DNA of 64,000 nt from contig CAVTEG010000014.1 in the NCBI GenBank assembly GCA_963733815.1, forward strand, positions 38,861 through 102,860, given 5' to 3'. Source of the stretch: an uncultured Acidobacteriota bacterium. GTDB taxonomy: Bacteria; Acidobacteriota; Thermoanaerobaculia; UBA5066; Gp7-AA6. Both the position numbers and the translations under genes were made by a program. Position 1 is the stretch's first letter, and every line of letters begins with the position of its first letter. The notes beneath the pieces are model-generated. The model did no database searches, was not told the origin of the DNA, and saw only the letters and a list, made by a program, of their open reading frames with translations. This document shows, piece after piece, positions 22,680 through 31,051 of the stretch.

Positions 22680-23408
22680 GTGAGAGCGGGATCGCTCGGC
22701 CGGTCATCCCGGGTCTCCAGGGGCCACGCGGAAGGGCACCGCACCGGGCGCATCGGCTGGTTGCGCGCGGCCGTGCTGGGCGCCAACGACGGCATCGTCT
22801 CCACGGCGAGTCTCGTGCTCGGTGTCGCTGCCGCGCATGCGAGCCACAGCAACGTCCTGGTCGCCGGAGTCGCGGGCCTCGTCGCCGGGGCTATGTCGAT
22901 GGCTGCCGGCGAGTACGTGTCCGTTCACTCGCAGGCAGATAGCGAGCAAGCGGCGCTCGAGCTCGAGCGGGCGGAGCTGAAGGCGGACGACGAGGGCGAG
23001 CGCTCGGAATTGGCGGCCATCTACGTCGCTCGCGGTCTCGACCGGTCGCTCGCCAGGCAGGTCGCCGATCAGCTGATGGCCCGCGACGCGCTCGGCGCGC
23101 ATGCTCGCGACGAGCTCGGCATCTCCGACACCTTCCGCGCTCGCCCGATTCAGGCGGCGCTGGCGTCGGCGGCGAGCTTTGCGGTGGGAGCAGCCATGCC
23201 TCTGTTGGTCACCGTGATGGCCCCCCCGGCCGGGTTGATCGCGCTCGTCTCGGGGACGTCTCTTCTGTTCCTCGCGCTTCTCGGCGGCCTGGCGGCGCGC
23301 GTGGGCGGCGCCGGCGTGCTCAAAGGCGCGCTGCGTGTCACGTTCTGGGGTGCGCTGGCCATGGCGCTGACCGCGGGAGTCGGGGCGCTGTTCGGGACGG
23401 CGGCCTAG
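22680..23408 (+). CDS. VIT1/CCC1-family iron/manganese transporter
   Basis: Contains 'WLRAAVLGANDGIVSTASLVLGVAAA' and 'AMSMAAGEYVSV', with a C-terminal triple-TM region. Intact, 242 aa, GTG start. Confidence 0.8.
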   Translation: MRAGSLGRSSRVSRGHAEGHRTGRIGWLRAAVLGANDGIVSTASLVLGVAAAHASHSNVLVAGVAGLVAGAMSMAAGEYVSVHSQADSEQAALELERAELKADDEGERSELAAIYVARGLDRSLARQVADQLMARDALGAHARDELGISDTFRARPIQAALASAASFAVGAAMPLLVTVMAPPAGLIALVSGTSLLFLALLGGLAARVGGAGVLKGALRVTFWGALAMALTAGVGALFGTAA

Positions 23409-23531
23409 GCGGCCTCCCGGCGTGGGGGACCACCACGCCAACCCGGCGCGTGGTCTGAGCCCGGACCTTCGTACCGAAGCGCCGTCGGCTCTGGATGACG
23501 GCAGGTGCGATCCGAGTCGATCGATTTGGCG

Positions 23532-23561
23532 TCACGAACTGAGCGTAAACAACGATTGGAC
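23532..23561 (+). promoter_or_regulatory. Conserved element copy c (tcacgaactgagcgtAAACAACGATTGGAC)
   Basis: One base shorter in the A-run. An ATG at 23581 begins 19 nt after TTGGAC. The next real gene starts at 23635. Confidence 0.5.
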
Positions 23562-23634
23562 GCGCCGGCGGCGGTTGGACATGCTGCAAGCTGCTCTGCG
23601 AACTGGAAAGACAGGGTGAGGCCGGAGGTGAGGC

Positions 23635-23979
23635 GTGACGGTGGATGTGGTGGATGAGCCCTCGGGCTTTGCGCAGACCCGATCCGGGGGTGAAAGGCAA
23701 TTGACGCGCCGCCTTCGGATGCGGTGCCGTGAGCTCATCGCCGGCTGGTCGCGTCCGCCGGCGAGGCTCGAAGTCGAAGTGCCCCGGATACAGGACATGC
23801 GTTGGACCTGTCCCGACTGCCGCTTGAGACACGAGACGATCATCGATCCCGATGCCGAGGCCGGGAAGATCGTCGAGGTGAGCTGCCGGGCCTGCGGGGC
23901 ACAACACGAAGCCTCCGTGTTCTTCCGCCGGCAGGTGGCCAGTAAGGCGCGCATGACGGTCGGCGTCGTTTGGCTTTGA
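23635..23979 (+). CDS. Small zinc-ribbon protein (WTCPDC...CRACG), probably co-transcribed with SOD
   Basis: GTG start follows a GGAGGTG ribosome-binding site. The CxxC-N22-CxxC core resembles the ORFs at 38172, 54222 and 54416. It ends 14 nt before the SOD start. An alternative start is the ATG at 23797. Confidence 0.5.
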   Translation: MTVDVVDEPSGFAQTRSGGERQLTRRLRMRCRELIAGWSRPPARLEVEVPRIQDMRWTCPDCRLRHETIIDPDAEAGKIVEVSCRACGAQHEASVFFRRQVASKARMTVGVVWL

Positions 23980-23992
23980 GTGGAGATCTCTA

Positions 23993-24631
23993 ATGGCGAC
24001 ATACACGCTTCCCGAGCTTCGATACGACTACAGCGCTCTCGAGCCCCACATATCGGGCAAGATCATGGAGCTTCACCACGACAAACACCACGCCGGCTAC
24101 GTGAAGGGGGCGAACGCCGCTCTCGAACGGCTCGGCGAGGCGCGCGACAAGGACAACTTCGACAACATCGGCGCTCTCGAGAGAGCCCTCGCGTTCAATC
24201 TGTCGGGTCACGTGCTGCACTCATTGTTCTGGAACAACCTGGCTCCGAAGGCGGGCGGACGGCCGCAGGGAGAGCTGGCGACTGTGATCCAGCAGGAATT
24301 CGGGAGCTTCGAGAAGCTCCAGAAGCAGATCAACGCCGTCGCTGGAAGCATCATGGGTTCCGGCTGGGCGGCGCTCGTGTGGGAGCCGCTCGGAAAGAAG
24401 CTGCTCGTCACTCAGATCTACGATCACCAGTCGAATCTCGCCCAGGCGGGCACTCCGTTGCTCGTGCTCGACGCGTGGGAGCACGCGTTCTATCTGCAGT
24501 ATCAGAACCGCAAGACCGAGTTCTTCGACGCGGTGTGGAACGTTTGGAACTGGGCCGACGTGGCCGAGCGCTTCCAGGCGGCATGCCGGGTCAACATAGA
24601 GCTCGTCGGCGCGGGGATTGGGGTCGACTAG
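23993..24631 (+). CDS. Fe/Mn superoxide dismutase
   Basis: Contains 'LPELRYDYSALEPHISGKIMELHHDKHH' and 'DAWEHAFYLQYQNRK'. Intact, 212 aa. Confidence 0.95.
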   Translation: MATYTLPELRYDYSALEPHISGKIMELHHDKHHAGYVKGANAALERLGEARDKDNFDNIGALERALAFNLSGHVLHSLFWNNLAPKAGGRPQGELATVIQQEFGSFEKLQKQINAVAGSIMGSGWAALVWEPLGKKLLVTQIYDHQSNLAQAGTPLLVLDAWEHAFYLQYQNRKTEFFDAVWNVWNWADVAERFQAACRVNIELVGAGIGVD

Positions 24632-24656
24632 AGCGGGCACCCCGCCGTAGTCACGG

Positions 24657-26270
24657 ATGCCCTTCGACCTGCTCTCTTCATTGACGCGCCGGAAGGGGCG
24701 TCTTCGGAAAAAGCTGTCACAGCGGATTCGACGTCCGCGACGACTGCTCCTCTTGCTGGTCCTCGGCCCGCTCCTGCCTCTCCTCGTCTACGTCGCGGCG
24801 GCCCGCTGGCTTCTCTCGGGACCCGGGCTCCGCTCGCTGATCAACACGGACCCCGAGACGCTGACTCTGGACTACGACGATGCGACGTCGCTCTGGCCCG
24901 GCCGCGTCACGATCCGGAACCTCCGGATCCGAGGCAGCGATCACAACGTGCAGTGGATCGTCCGGCTGGCCGATGCGCGTGTCGACTATTCGGTGCTGGC
25001 TCTCGTGGGAAGAACCTTTCGGGCCGAGCGCGTTTGCGGAACCGGTCTGTCCTTCTCCGTCCGCAACAAGCTCGAAGCTGGGGAGGCGAAGAACGCGGAC
25101 CTGTCCGTTCTGCCGCCGATTCCAGGCTTCGCCGATCCGCCGCTGCGCTCGCCGAAAACGCAGGGGGCGAAGGCCCCCGGCAATCCGTGGCGAATCGACG
25201 TCCGAAACATTCGCGTCGAACACTTCGACGACGTTTGGTTCGACGCTTACCACTACCAGGGCACGGCGCGCCTCGATGGGGCATTCTTCCTGCGGCCGGG
25301 CCTCATGGTCTGGATCGGGCCGGCGCGCGTCGCCATCGAGACCGGCGAGGTGCGCATCGGACGGGCGCCCGTCGGCGTCTCCGTATCGGGGAGCATCGAC
25401 GGAACCTTCGAGCCGTTCGAGCCGCCGAAGGTGCACGGCAGCGAGGTCTGGCAGAAGACATTCGGAGCCGTCAACCTCGACGCCCGCTTCGACCGGCTCG
25501 AGTCGCTCGAGCACCTCGTCCCTCGGGCTCGCACGCGCCTCGAAGGGGGAGCCGGCAAGGCAACATTCCGGGCTGCCATCGAGCACGGAATTGCGAAAGG
25601 CGAGCTCGGCCTCGAGGTTCACGACGGGTCGGTGCGTCTGGACAAGCTCGGGCTCCGGGGCGACGCCGACCTGCGCCTGCTCATTCCCGCGTGGAATCTG
25701 GCGACCGGTCCCCTCGAGATCTCGGGCAGCCGGGCCGCTTTCTCGAATGTCCGCGCCTCCGGTTCGGATGATTCGCGGCGCTGGTGGGGCCGGTTCGACA
25801 TTCGATCGGGGAAGATCGGCTCGACCACGACCGCCCGCATCGACGCCCAGACTCGGGATGCGCGGCCGCTGCTCGCGCTGCTCGCGGCCGACCTCCCGGC
25901 CTGGACTCGGGACCTCCTGAACCTCGACACCTTCTCCGCGACGGGCACAGTCTCCCTCGGGCCGTCACTGACCCGCCTCCGAGGCCTCGATGCCCGCGGC
26001 GGCAGCTTTCATATCCAGGGGCACTATCTCCGCGACGAGACAACCCGGGACGGCGCCTTCCTGATCGAGTCCGGCAGCCTGAGCGTCGGCCTCGAGCTGG
26101 AGCCCGCCGCGACAAAGATCAGGCTTCTCGGCGCGAAGCAGTGGTACGAGGAAGAGCGGGACGCTCGGAGCGACCTACCGAGCCCCGGTGGGGATGACAA
26201 GAGCGTTCGCATCATACGGGCAGGCTCTCATCATGCTTCAAGGACCATCGCGTCGGCTGGGTCCCGTTGA
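24657..26270 (+). CDS. Hypothetical membrane-anchored protein (N-terminal TM helix, large extracytoplasmic domain; AsmA/DUF-like)
   Basis: Intact 537-aa ORF with a basic N-terminus followed by 'LLLLLVLGPLLPLLVYVAAA'. I could not make a confident family match from sequence alone. Confidence 0.5.
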   Translation: MPFDLLSSLTRRKGRLRKKLSQRIRRPRRLLLLLVLGPLLPLLVYVAAARWLLSGPGLRSLINTDPETLTLDYDDATSLWPGRVTIRNLRIRGSDHNVQWIVRLADARVDYSVLALVGRTFRAERVCGTGLSFSVRNKLEAGEAKNADLSVLPPIPGFADPPLRSPKTQGAKAPGNPWRIDVRNIRVEHFDDVWFDAYHYQGTARLDGAFFLRPGLMVWIGPARVAIETGEVRIGRAPVGVSVSGSIDGTFEPFEPPKVHGSEVWQKTFGAVNLDARFDRLESLEHLVPRARTRLEGGAGKATFRAAIEHGIAKGELGLEVHDGSVRLDKLGLRGDADLRLLIPAWNLATGPLEISGSRAAFSNVRASGSDDSRRWWGRFDIRSGKIGSTTTARIDAQTRDARPLLALLAADLPAWTRDLLNLDTFSATGTVSLGPSLTRLRGLDARGGSFHIQGHYLRDETTRDGAFLIESGSLSVGLELEPAATKIRLLGAKQWYEEERDARSDLPSPGGDDKSVRIIRAGSHHASRTIASAGSR

Positions 26271-26416
26271 CGTCATCTCGTATGTAGTAGTCCTATGTGG
26301 TAGTCTCCGGGTGGTTCAATAGGTCGGGTCGGCTTCGAAACCTTGTCGTCGCCGTTCTTACCGTCGGGTTCTCCGACTCAGAATCATCGCTTTCAAGGAC
26401 TGTGGAGTTCACTGTC

Positions 26417-26722
26417 ATGAGATTCGCACGAAACGTCCATTTTCAGATCAAGAACGGTAAAGAACAGGAATTCAAGACTCTCCTCGAGAAGAAGGTCATC
26501 CCGATGCTCCGGAAGGAGAAGGGGTTTCTCGAAGAGCTGACGCTGGTCAACAAAGACGGCGCCCTCGGAATCAGCCTTTGGGAAGACCGCAAGAACGCCG
26601 AGGCCTATCAGTCGTCGACGTATCCCAAGGTTGTCGAGATCCTGCAGCCGGTGCTCGTCGGAACACCGAGGCTCGAGACATACGAGGTGACTGTCACGAC
26701 TCTCGAGTTCGTCACGGCTTGA
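26417..26722 (+). CDS. Small ABM-like protein, paralog of 4359..4661
   Basis: 'MRFARNVHFQIKNGKEQEFKTLLEKKVIPMLRKEKGFLEELTLVN...GISLWEDRKNAEAYQSSTYP', about 60% identical to the 4359 ORF by eye. Confidence 0.7.
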   Translation: MRFARNVHFQIKNGKEQEFKTLLEKKVIPMLRKEKGFLEELTLVNKDGALGISLWEDRKNAEAYQSSTYPKVVEILQPVLVGTPRLETYEVTVTTLEFVTA

Positions 26723-26757
26723 TTCAGAGATTCGGCGCGGCGACGCGCCGATGGTTC

Positions 26758-26787
26758 AGAGGCCCCGAAAGGGGCCTCTTCTTTTTC
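26758..26787 (+). terminator. Rho-independent terminator (AGAGGCCCC-gaaa-GGGGCCTCT + T-tract)
   Basis: Same GGCCCCGAAAGGGGCC core as the terminator at 4693. Confidence 0.8.
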
Positions 26788-26933
26788 TCCCTCCGTGCTG
26801 TCCCGGATGATCGCGAGGGCCAACGGCCGATGTGTGATAACGTGTGGATTCCGACTCCTCCGGATGGACCGACTCCCCAAGACAATTGAGTGGCCCCCCG
26901 CCGGTCTCGGCGAAGAAAGTGGGGTTTTGGATC

Positions 26934-27212
26934 ATGGCTACCGAGTTCAAACGACTAAGCTGTGCAATCTGCGGACATCCGTTGGATTCCGACTGGCTCC
27001 AGGATCAGGTCAGAACTTGTGAAGCATGTGCGGCGTCTTCGCGGCGCCGTAAGGGGACAGTGCTTCGCCACTGGACCACCAATGGCCCGGCCTTCGTAGG
27101 GAAGGCGACCACGGCAGTTGCAGTGGGCGACTGGGGCCTGGCCGATTCCCGGCGGATCAGCCTGATCGGGTCGAAGCTGAAGTCGCTCGCGAGCGGGGCC
27201 GGTGCACTATGA
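26934..27212 (+). CDS. Small zinc-ribbon protein (SCAICG...CEAC)
   Basis: 92-aa ORF in a locally lower-GC stretch. Its stop overlaps the next ORF's start as ATGA. Confidence 0.4.
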   Translation: MATEFKRLSCAICGHPLDSDWLQDQVRTCEACAASSRRRKGTVLRHWTTNGPAFVGKATTAVAVGDWGLADSRRISLIGSKLKSLASGAGAL

Positions 27213-27457
27213 CGTCCCTCCTCCGACGTTGGAACTGCCGCAACTGCGGCCGGCACAACAAGACCGCAGTGGCGCGCGACGGGACCGCAAAGTGCGAGTA
27301 CTGTACAGACACGGCCGAAGTTCACCCCCTCTACCCATGGGGACCGAAACTGTATCGGTTCGCGTCGAGCCTTCTGTCCTCACTCACGAGAGGCTCGGGT
27401 TGTATTCACTGGCGGCGGGTCCTGGCGCCAGTCAGGACATGGAGGCCGAACCGCTAA
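27209..27457 (+). CDS. Small zinc-ribbon protein (WNCRNCG...CEYC)
   Basis: 82-aa ORF coupled to the preceding ORF by an ATGA overlap. It has the W-x-C-x2-C ... C-x2-C pattern seen in other mini-ORFs of this window. Confidence 0.4.
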   Translation: MTSLLRRWNCRNCGRHNKTAVARDGTAKCEYCTDTAEVHPLYPWGPKLYRFASSLLSSLTRGSGCIHWRRVLAPVRTWRPNR

Positions 27458-27548
27458 CAGTGCGGCTTCGCGCTCTCAGATCGCTTCGGCGTTCGGTGCC
27501 ACATGCGTGCGGGCCAATTTCGGTCCGCTCTTTGAAAGGTTGAGCATC

Positions 27549-28190
27549 ATGAAGAGAATCATCGGAACGGCGGCGGGTCTTTGCCTGCTGGCCGCATCAC
27601 AGGTCTTCGCGCAGACGCCGGAAAAGAAGGCGGTCGAGACGACGACGAAGCAGACCGGCGCCGGGCCGACTCTGAAGACTGAGGCGCAATCCGTGTCGGG
27701 CACGGTCCGGGAGTACGAGGCGGGCAAGAAGATCAAGCTTTCCGGTCCCGGCGACAAATCGTACTCATTCGATCTCAGCGAGAACGCTCGGGTCGAGGGA
27801 GCGATCGTCATCGGCCAGATGGCCACGGTCAATTACACGAAGGGAACCGACGGCAAGGAAACTGTCGTCGCGGTCTCCGAGGCCACGGCCAATGCAGTGA
27901 CGGCGGCCGGCGCTCCGAAGATGCATTCGGAGTCGACGACGAAGATGAGCGGCACGACAGCGAGCACGGAGACGAAAACGGAAGTCGTCATCGGAATCGT
28001 GAAGGAATACGAGGCGGGCAAGTCGATCAAGGTGACGGGGCCCGATTCCAAGGACTACAGTTTTGATCTGACCGACATGGCCGCCTTGAAAAGCGCCGTG
28101 ACTGTTGGCGAGCGCGTCAAGGTCACGTTCACGAAGTCGGACAACGGCGACAAGGCCACGACGATCGTGGCACACCCCGGTAAGGTCTGA
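27549..28190 (+). CDS. Secreted protein with an internal tandem duplication
   Basis: Signal peptide 'MKRIIGTAAGLCLLAASQVFAQ'. Two copies of 'G(T/I)V(R/K)EYEAGK(K/S)IK(L/V)(S/T)GP..K.YSFDL...V..G..V.V.(Y/F)TK'. Confidence 0.65.
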   Translation: MKRIIGTAAGLCLLAASQVFAQTPEKKAVETTTKQTGAGPTLKTEAQSVSGTVREYEAGKKIKLSGPGDKSYSFDLSENARVEGAIVIGQMATVNYTKGTDGKETVVAVSEATANAVTAAGAPKMHSESTTKMSGTTASTETKTEVVIGIVKEYEAGKSIKVTGPDSKDYSFDLTDMAALKSAVTVGERVKVTFTKSDNGDKATTIVAHPGKV

Positions 28191-28229
28191 CGAGCCGCAG
28201 TAACCCCTTTTCAGCCAATCGACGCGTCG

Positions 28230-28265
28230 GCGCCGGAAGCCATCATCTTCCGGCGCTCTTTTTTT
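28230..28265. terminator. Bidirectional terminator hairpin (GCGCCGGAAG-ccatcat-CTTCCGGCGC + T-tract)
   Basis: 10-bp perfect stem between convergent genes. The annotated LysR stop (28243) falls inside the loop. Confidence 0.7.
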
Positions 28266-29250
28266 GGGGTCGCTTGCGGCTCGGCCGGGCCCAGAGCCGA
28301 ACGGCCCGTGGCTTCGAGGGAGCGGCCATTCTTCTCCCGGCGCCGGCCGGGACGTCCGGCTGTCGGCGAGGAGTGAGTCGGATCTCGTGAAGGAATGAGG
28401 CCAACAGCGGCGAGAGGTCGTCCTGCCGGTAGATTACCCCGGATTCGGTGAACACTTCGCGGTCCTCGATGTCACGGAAGACGACCCCCGGCATCGCCCG
28501 CAGCTTGATCGCCGGGTCGACGAGGGCGATCGTCAAACCCGCGGCGACCATGCCCAGCACAGTCTCGGTTGAGGGGAGCCCGCCTTCCATCGTGATCGGC
28601 GGGCCGAACCCGGCGAGCTGAAAAATCGCCGACAGGTGGTCGTAGGAGCCCGGCGACAGGTGCCGGGGCCAGAGCGTGTAGGCTTCTTTGGACAGGTCTC
28701 GTAGCCCGATGCGGTCCCGGCGAGCCACGGGATGCTGTTCCGAGATTGCGGCCACGAGTCTCTCGCGCGCGGTGACTTCGCTGGCGATGCCCTCCGCCTC
28801 GATCGGCAGTCCCACGAATCCGATGTCGATGAGACCCTCGCGCAGCGCCGCGATCTGGGCCTCGGGTGTCAGGTTCTGAAAAAGAACCTCGACCGAGGAG
28901 GCGTGCTCCCGGAAGAGCCGCAGCGCACTGCCGAGAAACGCCCAATCCGTTTCCGGGGAAATGCCGATCACGATCTTCCGGAACTCTTCGCGCGCCGCCT
29001 CTCTCGCCAAGCCGGCCGCACGCTCGGCCGCGGCCAGGATCTCGCGCGACTCCTGGAGAAACCGCTTCCCGGCCGGCGTGAGCTCGACGTGCCGTTTGAC
29101 GCGCCGCAGCAGGTCGACTTTGAGCTCCTTTTCGAGATTTCGGATCTGCTGACTCAGCGACGATTGCGAGGTGTGCAGACGGTTCGCGGCGCGGCCGAAA
29201 TGGAGTTCCTCGGCGACCCCGACGAAATATCGAAGATGACGAAGCTCCAT
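28243..29250 (-). CDS. LysR-family transcriptional regulator
   Basis: 'MELRHLRYFVGVAEELHFGRAANRLHTSQSSLSQQIRNLEKEL' winged HTH plus a substrate-binding domain. The basic C-terminal tail may be a read-through artefact. Confidence 0.85.
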   Translation of the reverse strand: MELRHLRYFVGVAEELHFGRAANRLHTSQSSLSQQIRNLEKELKVDLLRRVKRHVELTPAGKRFLQESREILAAAERAAGLAREAAREEFRKIVIGISPETDWAFLGSALRLFREHASSVEVLFQNLTPEAQIAALREGLIDIGFVGLPIEAEGIASEVTARERLVAAISEQHPVARRDRIGLRDLSKEAYTLWPRHLSPGSYDHLSAIFQLAGFGPPITMEGGLPSTETVLGMVAAGLTIALVDPAIKLRAMPGVVFRDIEDREVFTESGVIYRQDDLSPLLASFLHEIRLTPRRQPDVPAGAGRRMAAPSKPRAVRLWARPSRKRPQKKSAGR

Positions 29251-29275
29251 AAGATCCTCTTTGATCGTTAGGCGG

Positions 29276-29305
29276 GCTGAATTCTATCGGAACAAACGAT
29301 TGGAC
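29276..29305 (+). promoter_or_regulatory. Conserved element copy d (gctgaattctatcggAACAAACGATTGGAC)
   Basis: Lies in the LysR/DsbA-like divergent intergenic region. An ATG at 29325 begins 19 nt after TTGGAC and opens a 31-codon ORF ending at the dsbA-like start region. Confidence 0.55.
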
Positions 29306-29410
29306 CTGCGCCGGCCAGGCGCCCATGCTCGTTCTCCGGGATCTCAAAGGCCTCCGAGGGAAGCTCCGGCGGTCTTGGACCGAAATTCCGCTTCCTGACC
29401 CCGGTGAAAG

Positions 29411-29965
29411 GTGCAAATGAAGAAAATGAATCGGGCGCGAAAGCTCGAGTCCCCGGTCTCTTCGAAGGACCACGTCCGGGGGTCCCCGCTCGCGAAGGTC
29501 ACTCTCGTCGGTTATGGAGACTTCACGTGCCCGGACTGTGCGAAAGCGTATCGAGACGTCAAGAAGATCCAGGCGGAAATGGGCTCCCGGCTCCGCTACG
29601 TCTTCCGCAGCTTTCCTCAAGACTCCCTTGACGAGAAGTCCGAGAGCTCCGCCGAAGCAGCGGAGTCCGCTGGGGCCCAGGGAAAGTTCTGGGAGATCCA
29701 CGATCGGATGTTCGAGAACCAGCGCGCTTCGACCCAGCTTCAGTTGGCCAAGCACGCCAGGGCGGTCGGCCTGGATGCCCGTCAGTTTCGGCGAGACATG
29801 CGGGGACACGTTCATCTGGCGAGGGTTCGCGTGGTGCGGAAAGAAGGCGTTCGGAGCGGCGTCGTTGAGGTTCCAACCTTCTTCATCAATTCCCTGCAAC
29901 ACGAGAGTGCGTTCGGTCTGGCGACGTTGCTCCCGGCAGTCCAGGCTGCGGCAGGCGGCTCGTGA
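29411..29965 (+). CDS. DsbA-family thioredoxin-fold protein (CPDC active site)
   Basis: Contains 'VTLVGYGDFTCPDCAKAY' and 'VPTFFIN'. Intact, 184 aa. Confidence 0.8.
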   Translation: MQMKKMNRARKLESPVSSKDHVRGSPLAKVTLVGYGDFTCPDCAKAYRDVKKIQAEMGSRLRYVFRSFPQDSLDEKSESSAEAAESAGAQGKFWEIHDRMFENQRASTQLQLAKHARAVGLDARQFRRDMRGHVHLARVRVVRKEGVRSGVVEVPTFFINSLQHESAFGLATLLPAVQAAAGGS

Positions 29966-30281
29966 TGACTTGCGCCTCGGTGCATCGGGCGGCGCTGTCG
30001 GCGACTCGGAGGGGCCATGGACGAAACACGCAATCACGAAGGATCGAGTGACGAGGCGAAGCAGCCGAATCCCCGAGATGCTCAAGGGTTCAAAGAGAAT
30101 CCGGCACCTAGGGACTGAAGACGCCGCCTCCGTTCCCGGAGGGCGAGGACTCCGGCGAATGGACCCGGGGCGGGGGTTCGAACGCGGCGGGCGGCCAAGG
30201 CGAAGGTCAGCGCAAGCGGTCCACGACGTAGATGCACTCTCGATTCGAGCGGCGAGCGAAGCGGCATCGATCGTTGCTTCG

Positions 30282-30311
30282 TCTGAAGTCGAGCGAAGAA
30301 AACGATTGGAC
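30282..30311 (+). promoter_or_regulatory. Conserved element copy e (tctgaagtcgagcgaAGAAAACGATTGGAC)
   Basis: Lies in an ORF-poor stretch. An ATG at 30335 begins 23 nt after TTGGAC and opens a 28-codon ORF. Confidence 0.5.
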
Positions 30312-30485
30312 GGCGCGAACTTCCTTCGCCGACAATGGAGAACCACCCGGCAAAACCCGGGAACTCTTCCAAAAGCCGCGCGCCCCGCACCGGGGGCGTT
30401 AGCGGCCCTTCCTTGTTCTGAGTTCTGAGCTCGGTTTTGAGATTCGATTCTGCCGCTCAGTGACGACTCTTCAATCGCTCTGAGG

Positions 30486-30515
30486 TCTCAACGCCAGCGA
30501 AACAAACGATTGGAT
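30486..30515 (+). promoter_or_regulatory. Conserved element copy f (tctcaacgccagcgaAACAAACGATTGGAT)
   Basis: An ATG at 30535 begins 19 nt after TTGGAT and opens a 17-codon ORF. The desaturase fragment starts at 30665. Confidence 0.5.
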
Positions 30516-30664
30516 CTGCTCTCGCCGGCGCCACATGATCGAGACGCCCACCACATTTCAGTGCGAGGCCAGGATGGAGCGCACGTGACAACGAACAAAC
30601 AGAGCAGACCAGCCGCCCGGCAACGCTCTCCGAGCCGTCGTTGCGGGATTGGGAGGGAAGGTTC

Positions 30665-30990
30665 GTGATTCGCAGGATCGAAAGGCCTTCCGAGATCGCC
30701 AATCCCGTACAGGGAAGTCGGAGAAGCTGGGTCAACATCCTGTTCCTTTCGCTGACTCCAGTCATTGGCATCGTGGGCACCGCGGCCTATGCAATCGCTT
30801 TCGGGGTCCGCTGGTGGGAGCCTGCGCTCTTCGTCGTGCTCTTCGGTCTCGTGAGCTTTTCCGTGACGGCGGGCTACCACCGCTGCTTCGCACACAAGGC
30901 CTACGTCTGCCACCCGGCCGTTCAGGTCTTCTATCTCTTCTTCGGAGCCATGGCCCTTCAGAATTCTGCCCTGAAGTGGTCCCCACTGGC
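30665..30990 (+). pseudogene. Acyl-CoA (delta-9-type) fatty-acid desaturase, N-terminal ~110 aa only
   Basis: Contains 'WVNILFLSLTPVIGIVG', 'TAGYHRCFAHKAY' (first His box) and 'FFGAMALQNSALKW'. Homology then ends before the second His box. The frame runs on without a stop into the BON gene. Confidence 0.65.
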
Positions 30991-31051
30991 GGTTCCGATC
31001 GACCCGGATTTGCCCCGTCGACGGAGCCGCTCGGAAAGATCAGAGGAACTC

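Noticed and set aside
22252-30515. Reading the conserved element as an ECF-sigma promoter (GGAAC ... CGTT), a sigma-54 promoter, or a LysR T-N11-A box
   Set aside because: GGAAC is present in only 2 of 6 copies and CGA/CGT follows it by 3-4 nt instead of ~16. There is no TGGCAC-N5-TTGC. The ATCG...CGAT dyad has different spacing in different copies (7 versus 11 nt).
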